Assembly (NCBI GenBank): GCA_033722755.1
Contig: JAWVYK010000001.1
Span: 1-32,695 of the forward strand
Direction: 5' to 3'
Source of the DNA: Rhodovibrionaceae bacterium
GTDB lineage: Bacteria; Pseudomonadota; Alphaproteobacteria; Kiloniellales; Rhodovibrionaceae
Length of the DNA: 32,695 nt
Shown here: positions 15,212 to 22,933 of the stretch, piece after piece
How the letters are laid out: each line of letters opens with the position of its first letter
Position numbering within the stretch: position 1 is the first letter of the stretch
Notes under the pieces: generated by a model
Databases searched by the model: none
The model's input: only the letters and a program-made list of their open reading frames with translations
Told to the model about the DNA's origin: nothing
Program-made: the position numbers and the translations under genes

Positions 15212-15934
15212 ATGCCGCAAAGCGAGAAGCCATCCATCGTCATCCTGACCGGCGCCGGCGTCTCCAAGGAGTCGGGCCTGGCGACCTTTCGCGATGCCGA
15301 CGGCATCTGGGCCAAGGTCCGCATCGAGGACGTGGCCACGCCGGAGGCCTTTCGCCGCGACCCGGAGCGCGTGCACGCCTTCTACAACGATCGCCGCCGG
15401 CAGCTCCTCGATCCCGCGGTGCAGCCCAATCCCGCGCATAAGGCGCTGGCCCGTCTGGAGCGGGAATGGCCGGGCGAGGTGCTGCTTGTCACGCAGAACA
15501 TCGACAACCTGCACGAGCGCGCAGGCTCGCGAAACGTCATTCACATGCATGGCAGCATCCTCAGGGCGCACTGCCTCTATTGCGAGGCGTCGAGCCCCTG
15601 GGAGGGCGACATGTCACTGCACAGCCGGTGTCCGTCGTGCGGGCGCGCCGGCGGGCTGCGCGTGGACGTGGTGTGGTTCGGGGAGATGCCCTTCGAGATG
15701 GACCGCATCTACGGTGCGCTGGAGCAGTGCGGCTATTTTCTCTCCGTCGGCACGTCGGGCAACGTCTATCCGGCCGCCGGTTTCGTGCAGGAAGCGCGGA
15801 TGACCGGGCGCACGCATTGCGTGGAGCTCAATCTGGAGCCCTCCGAGGGCTCAAGCCTGTTCCACGAGCATTACCACGGTCCCGCCGGCGAGCTCGTGCC
15901 CGCCTATGTGGACCGGCTTCTGTCGGATGGCTAG
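15212..15934 (+). CDS. cobB: NAD-dependent protein deacylase, class III sirtuin (CobB)
   Basis: GAGVSKESGLATFRD, QNIDNLHERAG, HMHGS, a Zn ribbon CLYC...CPSC, and FYNDRR (the Y-x-x-R pair associated with desuccinylase-type class III sirtuins). Confidence 0.9.
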   Translation: MPQSEKPSIVILTGAGVSKESGLATFRDADGIWAKVRIEDVATPEAFRRDPERVHAFYNDRRRQLLDPAVQPNPAHKALARLEREWPGEVLLVTQNIDNLHERAGSRNVIHMHGSILRAHCLYCEASSPWEGDMSLHSRCPSCGRAGGLRVDVVWFGEMPFEMDRIYGALEQCGYFLSVGTSGNVYPAAGFVQEARMTGRTHCVELNLEPSEGSSLFHEHYHGPAGELVPAYVDRLLSDG

Positions 15935-16594
15935 CTAGGAGCGCGCGCCCGAAGGCGTGATCCGGTAGGCGCAGCGCCGGGCGCCGGCAAGGATGTGGCT
16001 CGTGCGCTCGACCTTCACGTCCTCGCCCAGGACTTCGCGGAAACACTCCAGTTCCGCGGCGCAGAGACCGCTGCAGGCGCGCGCCGCATCGCAGATCGGG
16101 CAATGGTTTTCGACCAGCATGAGCGCACCGTCCGCCGCGGCTTCCACGTCGGCCATGTAGCCCTCCTCGCTGCGCGCCTCGGCCAGCAGCCGCACACGCT
16201 CGTCGAGAGAGCGGGCGGTCGTCAGGCGCGCCCGGTAGGCGCGCACCTGCTTGGCCGTGCGTTCGCGCACCAGACGGGCGAGGCCGTCGGCCCCGAAGAC
16301 CTTCGTCAGCTCCTCCATCAGGCTGGCGGCCAGCTCGCCGTGGCCGTTCGGGAAGAAGGCCTCCGCCTGACGCGTCAGTTCCCAGTCCTTCTTCGGACGG
16401 CCGCGCGCGGCCGGGCGCTCCACGGCGCGCACGATCCCGCGGTCCTCCAGGTCGTAGAGGTGCTGGCGAACGGCCACGTGCGTGACCCCGAGGCTCTCGG
16501 CAAGCTGCTGCGCGCTCTGCGGGCCGCTTCGTTTCAGCGCCTCGATGACGGCGCGCCTGCGTCGGTGTAGAATAAGGGCGTCGGCGTCGGTCAT
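15935..16594 (-). CDS. Winged-helix transcriptional regulator with C-terminal Cys cluster (SufR-like, putative Fe-S sensing)
   Basis: N-terminal HTH (ALKRSGPQSAQQLAESLGVTHVAVRQHLYDLEDRGIV). The C-terminus reads LVENHCPICDAARACSGLCAAELECFREVLG...RRCAYRI, with six Cys. I recognise this pattern from SufR-type regulators. The family call is from memory, not a search. Confidence 0.6.
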   Translation of the reverse strand: MTDADALILHRRRRAVIEALKRSGPQSAQQLAESLGVTHVAVRQHLYDLEDRGIVRAVERPAARGRPKKDWELTRQAEAFFPNGHGELAASLMEELTKVFGADGLARLVRERTAKQVRAYRARLTTARSLDERVRLLAEARSEEGYMADVEAAADGALMLVENHCPICDAARACSGLCAAELECFREVLGEDVKVERTSHILAGARRCAYRITPSGARS

Positions 16595-16681
16595 TGCTCG
16601 TTTCTAAAGGTATATCTTGAAAAAAGCAATGTCCGGGGATAACCTTTAATAAAGCTGTTTCTTTAAAAAAGGATTCGTGCG
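16595..16681. promoter_or_regulatory. AT-rich divergent promoter/operator region
   Basis: An 87-bp spacer that is far more AT-rich than its surroundings. It holds the palindrome CTTTA-A-TAAAG (16644-16654), the inverted repeat TAAAG-N6-CTTTA (16650-16665), an extra TAAAG at 16605-16609, and the near-palindrome AAGGTATATCTT (16607-16618). A possible promoter is -35 TTGAAA (16617-16622), 17-nt spacer, TAACCT (16640-16645). Confidence 0.5.
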
Positions 16682-18253
16682 GTGGCTTGGATCAAGGCGG
16701 CTCAGTCCAGCGATCTCGAAGGCCGGGACCGGCTGCTGGTGAAGAGCGACGGCCGGCAGGTTGCGCTGTTTCGCATGAACGGCCGCTGGCACGCCTGCGA
16801 CAACCGCTGCCCGCACGAGGGCTATCCCCTGATCGAGGGCACGCTCGGGCCGGGCTGTCTGCTGACCTGCAACTGGCATAACTGGAAGTTCGACCTGTCC
16901 GACGGGCACACGCTGGTGGGCGGGGACCGGTTGCGCGTCTATCCGGTGGACGAGCGCGACGGCGCGCTCTGGGTCGATCTTACGGACCCGCCGCCCGAGG
17001 ACCGCCTCGCCTGGGCCATGGAAGGCCTGCGGGAAGCTTTCGAGGACGAGGACGAAGCCCGCATGGCGCGGGAGCTGGCGCGCATCGGCGCTGCCGGCGG
17101 CGACCCCCTGCAGGCGGTGGCGAAAGCCGTGGTCTGGTCGCACGACCGCATGGAATACGGAACCACCCACGCATTTGCCGCCACAGCGGATTGGCTCAGC
17201 CTGCGCGAGCGCGACGCGCGCAGCGAGCCCGAACGCCTGGTGCCGCTGGTGGAATCGCTGCTTCACATGGCCGAGGACGTTGTGGGCGAGCCGGTCTTCG
17301 CCTACACGACGCAGGCGGAGCGCTACGACGAAGCCGCTTTGCAGGACGCCATCGAGGCCGAGAACGAGCCGGCTGCGCAAGCACAACTGAACGGTGCGCT
17401 GGCCGAAGGCAAGGGTTTCGCCGACCTGGAGCCGGTATTGGCGCGCGCCGCGCTGGCGCACTATCAGGGCTTCGGGCATGCCGCGATCTATGTCGTGAAG
17501 ACCGGCGAACTGGCCTGCCGGCTTGGGCCCGAGGCGCAGGCGCCGCTGCTGCGCGCGCTGCTGCGCTATCTCGTCTACACCCGGCGCGAGGATCTCATTC
17601 CGGAGTTCCGCGCCTATGCGCCGGCGCTGGTCGCCTGGCGCGACGGAAAGAACCCGCCGCCGCCGGCGGAAAGCTTCATTTCGGGATCGGTCAAGCAAGT
17701 CCTGGGGTCAATCGCCAATGCCGGCGCGCCGCCGCCGGCGCTGTTCGACCGGCTGCTGGAGGCGGCCGCGTTGCAGATGCTGTATTTCGACCTTGGCCGG
17801 CAGGACCGCGTCGACGGTCCGGTCTCGCAGAACGTCGGCTGGCTGGATTTCACCCACGCGGTCACCTTCGCCAATGCGTCGCGCCGGTTGGCGGAGCGCC
17901 ACCCGGAACTGTGGCCGGCCTGCCTGCTGCAGATCGGTTGCTTCCTGGGGCGCAACGCGCGCTATCTCGACACCTCGCTCGACCCCGATGAATGGCGGGT
18001 CGCGGACCCGCAGAGCTTCCTTGCCGAGGCCCGGCGCGGGCTCTTCGACCATCGTGAGTCCGAGCCCATCGTCGCCGCGCATCTGGTCAAGCTGCTGACG
18101 GCCGTCAGCGAAGAGGCTGCGCGCGCGCCCGAGGATGTCGCGCCGGTGCTGACGGCTGCGGCGCGCCGGTTGCTGGAAAGCCCGCTGCGGCGCAAGCACG
18201 CGCTCAGGACGGCTGCGCAGGCCTTGAACTTCGTGGGCGGAGCCGCTCCGTGA
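16682..18253 (+). CDS. Rieske [2Fe-2S] domain protein fused to a ~420-aa C-terminal domain of unknown function
   Basis: The first ~100 aa carry the Rieske ligands CPH-x17-CNWH, within CPHEGYPLIEGTLGPGCLLTCNWHNWKF. The rest is helical-looking, Ala/Leu/Arg/Glu-rich with scattered His (GFGHAAIYVVK, WLDFTHAVTFANA, IVAAHLVKLL). I cannot assign it to a family. GTG start. Confidence 0.8.
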   Translation: MAWIKAAQSSDLEGRDRLLVKSDGRQVALFRMNGRWHACDNRCPHEGYPLIEGTLGPGCLLTCNWHNWKFDLSDGHTLVGGDRLRVYPVDERDGALWVDLTDPPPEDRLAWAMEGLREAFEDEDEARMARELARIGAAGGDPLQAVAKAVVWSHDRMEYGTTHAFAATADWLSLRERDARSEPERLVPLVESLLHMAEDVVGEPVFAYTTQAERYDEAALQDAIEAENEPAAQAQLNGALAEGKGFADLEPVLARAALAHYQGFGHAAIYVVKTGELACRLGPEAQAPLLRALLRYLVYTRREDLIPEFRAYAPALVAWRDGKNPPPPAESFISGSVKQVLGSIANAGAPPPALFDRLLEAAALQMLYFDLGRQDRVDGPVSQNVGWLDFTHAVTFANASRRLAERHPELWPACLLQIGCFLGRNARYLDTSLDPDEWRVADPQSFLAEARRGLFDHRESEPIVAAHLVKLLTAVSEEAARAPEDVAPVLTAAARRLLESPLRRKHALRTAAQALNFVGGAAP

Positions 18254-18849
18254 CGGGCGCCGGCGGCCTCGAGGAGATCGTCGCCAAGGCGCGGGCCTGC
18301 CGGCTCTGCGAGGCCCACCTCCCGCTCGGTCCCCGCCCGGTGCTGCGTGCCGGCGACAGCGCCCGGCTGTTGATCGTGGGCCAAGCCCCGGGCACCAAGG
18401 TGCACGCCACCGGCATTCCCTGGAACGACCCGAGCGGCGAGCGCCTGCGCGATTGGCTGCGCACGCCACCGGAAATCTTTTACGACGAAAGCCGCATCGC
18501 CATCGTGCCGATGGGTTTCTGCTATCCCGGACGCGATCCCCGCGGCGGCGACCTGCCGCCCCGTCCGGAATGCGCGCCGGCCTGGCATCCGCCGCTGCGC
18601 CGGGCGCTGCGTGACATACGCCTTACCCTGCTGGTGGGCAGCTACGCGCAGGCCTATTACCTGGGCCGCGCGCGAAAGCGGACCATGACCGAGACGGTCC
18701 GCAATTTCCGCGACTACCTGCCGGACTTCCTGCCGCTGCCGCATCCAAGCTGGCGCAATACCGCCTGGCTGAAGCGCAATCCCTGGTTCGAGGCGGAGTT
18801 GCTGCCGGTCCTGCGGGAGCGCGTCGGCGGCCTGCTGGGAAGCGCCTAG
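18250..18849 (+). CDS. Uracil-DNA glycosylase superfamily protein with four-Cys (putative [4Fe-4S]) pattern
   Basis: Motif A LLIVGQAPG and motif B LPHPSWRN. The Cys pattern is CRLC ... C-x16-C (FCYPGRDPRGGDLPPRPEC). The GTG start overlaps the upstream TGA (GTGA). Confidence 0.8.
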   Translation: MTGAGGLEEIVAKARACRLCEAHLPLGPRPVLRAGDSARLLIVGQAPGTKVHATGIPWNDPSGERLRDWLRTPPEIFYDESRIAIVPMGFCYPGRDPRGGDLPPRPECAPAWHPPLRRALRDIRLTLLVGSYAQAYYLGRARKRTMTETVRNFRDYLPDFLPLPHPSWRNTAWLKRNPWFEAELLPVLRERVGGLLGSA

Positions 18850-18877
18850 CCCCCGATCCGGGAGCAGGGCCGGCAGA

Positions 18878-20176
18878 TCATCGCATGTCGCGGCGGAAGA
18901 AACACTCCGTGCCGCCGGCTTCGACGGCCCGCGCGATGCGTTCGAGCCCGAGGATGTAGGCAGAGGTGCGCAGACTGCAGCCGGACTCGTCGTAGCGGCG
19001 CCACAGGGAATCGCAGTTCGCCCGCAGCCGGCGGTCGAGTTGCCCGGCCACCTCGTCGGCCGACCAGGCAAGGCCCTGGCGATTCTGCACCCACTCGAAA
19101 TAGGACACGGTGACGCCGCCGGCGTTCGCCAGGATGTCGGGAATGACGATCACGCCGCGCTCATCGAGGATGTCGTCGGCCGCGCAGGTGACGGGCCCGT
19201 TGGCCAGCTCCAGAATCGTCCTGGCCCGGATGTCGCGGGCGTTGCCCTTGTGGATGACGCCGTCCAAGGCGGCCGGCACCAGGAGCTCGCAGTCGAGCGT
19301 CAGCAGTTCGTCCTGCTTCAGGTTACGCCCCCGGCCCTTCGTGGGCGCGCCGGTGACCGAGCCTGTCTCGGCCTTGTGGTCGGCCACCTCGTCCGGGTCC
19401 ATGCCGTCGTCGTCGTACCGTCCGCCGGAGGAATCGGAGACCGCGACGATGCGGTAGCCCGTCTTGTGCAGCAATTCGGCGATGCGCGCGCCGGCGTTGC
19501 CGAACCCTTGGATGGCGACGCGCGTGTCCTCCGGGTCGGGCAGGCCCAGCCGGCTGTGCAGCTGGTCCAGCACGATCGCGCCGCCGTCGCCGGTCGCCGT
19601 GTCGCGGCCGTGACTGCCGCCCAGGATAAGCGGCTTTCCCGTCAGCACCGCCGGTGCGTGGATGTCATTCATCGCCTGGTATTCGTCGGCCATCCAGGCC
19701 ATGACCATGTCGTTGGTGTACATGTCGGGCGCGGCGATGTCGCGTTCCGGGCCGAGGAAATCGGCGAAGCAGCGCATGTAGGCCCGGGCGACGCTTTCCA
19801 GTTCCGTCGGCGAGAGCTCCTTGGCGTCGACAGCCACCCCGCCCTTGGCGCCGCCATACGGCAGGTCGGCCACCGCGCATTTGAAGGTCATCAGAAAGGC
19901 GAGCTCGGTGACCTCTTCCTGCGAGACGGAAGGGTGAAAGCGGATGCCGCCCTTGGTCGGTCCCAGCGTCGTGTCGTAGCGGCAGCGCCATCCCTGCAGC
20001 GAACGCAGGCTGCCGTCGTCCATGCGCACGCGAAGCGATGCGTGGAGCGTCTCGCGCGGGTGGGCGAGGCGCTCCATCACCTCGTCGGCCACGTCGATGC
20101 GCTGGGCCGCCTGCCTGAGCCGTAGTTCGGCGAGGCTCTTGGCCGGTTCGTCGTTCGACTTCCGGGATCGCGCCAT
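18878..20176 (-). CDS. Glu/Leu/Phe/Val dehydrogenase family (glutamate dehydrogenase)
   Basis: GPTKGGIRFHP and the catalytic-Lys motif KCAVADLPYGGAKGGV, with a Rossmann motif IQGFGNAG. Confidence 0.9.
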   Translation of the reverse strand: MARSRKSNDEPAKSLAELRLRQAAQRIDVADEVMERLAHPRETLHASLRVRMDDGSLRSLQGWRCRYDTTLGPTKGGIRFHPSVSQEEVTELAFLMTFKCAVADLPYGGAKGGVAVDAKELSPTELESVARAYMRCFADFLGPERDIAAPDMYTNDMVMAWMADEYQAMNDIHAPAVLTGKPLILGGSHGRDTATGDGGAIVLDQLHSRLGLPDPEDTRVAIQGFGNAGARIAELLHKTGYRIVAVSDSSGGRYDDDGMDPDEVADHKAETGSVTGAPTKGRGRNLKQDELLTLDCELLVPAALDGVIHKGNARDIRARTILELANGPVTCAADDILDERGVIVIPDILANAGGVTVSYFEWVQNRQGLAWSADEVAGQLDRRLRANCDSLWRRYDESGCSLRTSAYILGLERIARAVEAGGTECFFRRDMR

Positions 20177-20271
20177 GATCCGTCCTTCCGGCGGGGAATT
20201 GGAAAATCGTCTGTATTCCGGTTAAACGCACCCGGACGGCCGGCGGTTCGGCGATGCTCCGCCGCTTCGGC

Positions 20272-20691
20272 TCAGTCGTCCAGAGCCTCGATGCGCTCCA
20301 TATCCTCGTCGGACAGGCCGAAATGGTGGCCGATCTCGTGGATCAGCACATGGCGCACCACGTCCATCAGCTCCTCACCGCTGTCGCACCAGTAATCCAG
20401 GATCGGCCGGCGGTAGAGGAAAATCATGTCCACGTCCTGCGCCGTGACGCTCAGCGATTTCTGCATGAGGTCGACGCCGCGGTAGAGGCCCAGAAGATCG
20501 AAGGGCTCGTCGACGCCCAGTTCGTCCAGGGTCTCTTCGTCGGGAAAATCCTCGACGCGGATGGCCACCCCGTGCACGTGACGGCGCAACTCGCCGGGAA
20601 TGGTCGCATAGGCTTCCTCGGCCAGCGCTTCCAGGTCGGAAAGGCTGGGCGGTGCGCCGTAGAGGCTTTGATAGGCTAGACGTGCGCTCAT
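20272..20691 (-). CDS. Zincin-like metallopeptidase family protein (DUF1025/Zincin_1), 139 aa
   Basis: HEIGHHFG zinc motif near the C-terminus. I trimmed the 249-aa track ORF to MSARLAY, because the extension overlaps the PCD gene on the other strand. No clear SD. Confidence 0.75.
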   Translation of the reverse strand: MSARLAYQSLYGAPPSLSDLEALAEEAYATIPGELRRHVHGVAIRVEDFPDEETLDELGVDEPFDLLGLYRGVDLMQKSLSVTAQDVDMIFLYRRPILDYWCDSGEELMDVVRHVLIHEIGHHFGLSDEDMERIEALDD

Positions 20692-20796
20692 GCAGCACCA
20701 AGGTAGTGTGTCAGGCGTTCGTGAGAAAGCACCTGATTGTAATCGCGGTCCCAGGGGGCTGCGACAAAACCGAGTGAAACCCGAGGGAGGCAGGCG

Positions 20797-21096
20797 ATGA
20801 GCGACAAACTGAGCGATGCGCAGCGCGACGAAGCTTTGGGCGACCTGGATGGCTGGGAGCCGGTGGACGGCCGCGACGCCATAACCAAAACCTTCAAATT
20901 CAAAACCTTCAACCAGGCCTTCGGCTTCATGGCGCGCGTCGCGCTTGCGGCCGAGAAGATGGACCACCATCCGGAATGGTCGAACGTCTACAACACCGTC
21001 CACATCACGCTGACCAGCCACGACGTCGAGGGGCTGTCCGAGCGCGATATCAAGCTGGCTGGAAAGATCGACCGCTTCGCCGCTTCGTTCCAGTAA
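20797..21096 (+). CDS. phhB: 4a-hydroxytetrahydrobiopterin (pterin-4a-carbinolamine) dehydratase
   Basis: The sequence [54 protein letters not shown] is the canonical PCD sequence. GAGGGAGG SD. Confidence 0.9.
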   Translation: MSDKLSDAQRDEALGDLDGWEPVDGRDAITKTFKFKTFNQAFGFMARVALAAEKMDHHPEWSNVYNTVHITLTSHDVEGLSERDIKLAGKIDRFAASFQ

Positions 21097-21111
21097 GCGC
21101 CCCGCGCCCCG

Positions 21112-21870
21112 CTACTGCATCCGCATCGCGCCGTCCAGGCGGAAATTCTCGCCGTTCAGCATGACGTTTTCCACGATGTGCATGACCAGCCGCGCGAATT
21201 CGTGCGGATGGCCGAAGCGGTGCGGGAACGGCACCTGGGAGGCGAGGTTGTCCTGCACCTCCTGCGGCATGTTCAGCAGCATCGGGGTGCCGATCAGCCC
21301 CGGCGAGACGGTGTTGACCCGGATGCCGATCTTGGCGAATTCGCGCGCGGCCGGCAGCGTCATGCCGATCACTCCCGCCTTCGATGAGGCATAGGCGATC
21401 TGGCCGAGCTGGCCTTCGCCCGCCGCCACGGAGGAGGTGGAGATGATGACGCCGCGCTCGCCGTCTTCGTTCACCGCATCGCCGGACATCATCTCCGCCG
21501 CCGCCAGGCGCATGAAGTTGAAGGATCCGACGAGATTGATGTGAACCACCTTCACGAAGTCGTCCAGCGGCATCGGGCCGTGTTTGCCGACGATGCGCTT
21601 GGCCGGCGCCACGCCGGCGCAGTTGACGAGCACGCGCGCCGGCCCATGCGCCTCGCGGGCCTGGCCCATCACGTCCTCGGCGGCCTCGGCGCTGGTCACG
21701 TCGCAGACCAGGCCCAGGCCTCCGATTTCCTTGGCCACAGCCTTCACGCCCTCCTCGTCGATATCGAGGACGGTCACTTTGGCGCCCGCATTGGCGAGAT
21801 ATCGCGCGGTTTCCGCGCCCATGCCCGAGCCGCCGCCCGTGACGACCGCTGCATGACCCTTTACGTCCAT
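21112..21870 (-). CDS. SDR family oxidoreductase (3-hydroxyacyl-CoA dehydrogenase type II-like)
   Basis: Contains TGGGSGMG, NCAG and a catalytic YASSKAGV. The overall layout resembles HSD10-type SDRs. Confidence 0.85.
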   Translation of the reverse strand: MDVKGHAAVVTGGGSGMGAETARYLANAGAKVTVLDIDEEGVKAVAKEIGGLGLVCDVTSAEAAEDVMGQAREAHGPARVLVNCAGVAPAKRIVGKHGPMPLDDFVKVVHINLVGSFNFMRLAAAEMMSGDAVNEDGERGVIISTSSVAAGEGQLGQIAYASSKAGVIGMTLPAAREFAKIGIRVNTVSPGLIGTPMLLNMPQEVQDNLASQVPFPHRFGHPHEFARLVMHIVENVMLNGENFRLDGAMRMQ

Positions 21871-22003
21871 AACGATACACCCTTTCTGAAAGTGATGTCC
21901 GGTCCGGTTCCGGCCGCGCGCCAGCGCGGGAGAATTTGCCGCCGGCGGTGATAGCAGATCGCTTTACGCGTGGCGAGCCCGCACTAAGCGGCCAGTCGAG
22001 GCT

Positions 22004-22032
22004 TTGACCGACGCGGGCCGAGCGCCCATATT
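22004..22032 (+). promoter_or_regulatory. Candidate sigma-70-type promoter for the DUF1232 gene
   Basis: TTGACC (22004-22009), exactly 17 nt of spacer, then CATATT (22027-22032). The predicted start site would fall within a few nt of ATG 22042. Confidence 0.3.
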
Positions 22033-22035
22033 CCA

Positions 22036-22425
22036 GTGATTATGACCGACGAAAGCGATCTCGCCGGCCGCGCGCCGGTGCCCTACAACCCCGACAAGTT
22101 CGCCCGCGACAAGGCGCGCGTGGAAAACGGCTTCTGGCGCAAGATGCGCCGCACGCTGGGGCGCGTGCCCTTCCTGGAGGACGCAGTGGCCGCCTGGTAC
22201 TGCGCCTTCGATCCCGCCACGCCCATGCAGGTCAGGGCGACCCTGATGGCCGCGTTGGCCTATTTCGTTATTCCCACCGACATGCTGCCGGACATCGTGC
22301 CGATGCTGGGCTTTACCGACGACGCCGCCGTCATTGCCGCGGCGATCCGCACCGTTGCGCCGTACATCACCTCGGAGCATCGCCGGAAAGCCCGTGCCGT
22401 GCTCGACGAGCAGACACCCGACTAG
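22036..22425 (+). CDS. DUF1232 (YkvA-like) membrane protein
   Basis: ALAYFVIPTDMLPDIVPMLGFTDDAAVIAAAI is the DUF1232 signature. The start is either GTG 22036 or ATG 22042. There is no SD. Confidence 0.8.
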   Translation: MIMTDESDLAGRAPVPYNPDKFARDKARVENGFWRKMRRTLGRVPFLEDAVAAWYCAFDPATPMQVRATLMAALAYFVIPTDMLPDIVPMLGFTDDAAVIAAAIRTVAPYITSEHRRKARAVLDEQTPD

Positions 22426-22450
22426 ACGCCCGGCCGAACACGTGACCGGC

Positions 22451-22921
22451 ATGCTCTCTCAACTTCCCAGACCGGCCGTCTGGCTCGGCTTCGCCGGGCT
22501 CCTGCCCTTCGTCGCCACGGCGCTCGCCGCGTGGCATCCGGAGCCGCTTGTCATCGTCTACGCGATCAATCTGCAGCTCTTCTACGGCGCCTGCATCCTG
22601 TCGTTCCTGGGGGCTGTGCACTGGGGCCTGGCGCTGGCCGGCGCGGGCAGCCAGGGGGACCCGCGCGCGGCGATGACCTTCAACCGCCTCGGCTGGTCCG
22701 TGGTGCCGGCGCTGCTGGCCTGGGCGACGCTGGCGATGGACCCGCTGGTCGGCCTCGTCGGGCAGATCGTGGGCTTCGCCGGCATGTTCTTCGGCGATCT
22801 GGCGGCCGTGCGGCGCGGCTATGCGCCTGGCTGGTATCTGGCATTGCGGCGGCCGCTCACCGTCATCGTGATCCTGTCGCTGGGCAGCAGCCTGATGCGC
22901 GCGATCCTGGGGACCGGCTGA
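22451..22921 (+). CDS. DUF3429 domain membrane protein
   Basis: The patterns GFAGLLPFV and LQLFYGACILSFLGAVHWGLA are characteristic of DUF3429. I trimmed the track ORF 22334 to ATG 22451, because the upstream part overlaps the DUF1232 gene in another frame. Confidence 0.75.
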   Translation: MLSQLPRPAVWLGFAGLLPFVATALAAWHPEPLVIVYAINLQLFYGACILSFLGAVHWGLALAGAGSQGDPRAAMTFNRLGWSVVPALLAWATLAMDPLVGLVGQIVGFAGMFFGDLAAVRRGYAPGWYLALRRPLTVIVILSLGSSLMRAILGTG

Positions 22922-22933
22922 GCCCCGGCGGGC

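Noticed and set aside
13680-15248. A 522-aa ORF on the + strand, plus similar long ORFs at 27946..29652 (-), 30265..32106 (+), 1600..2475 (-) and 17962..19071 (-).
   Set aside because: All run opposite or out of frame to genes with strong motif support (FN3K/LMW-PTP, M24/aminotransferase, MTase, dioxygenase, UDG/GDH). All have extreme Arg/Ala/Pro composition.
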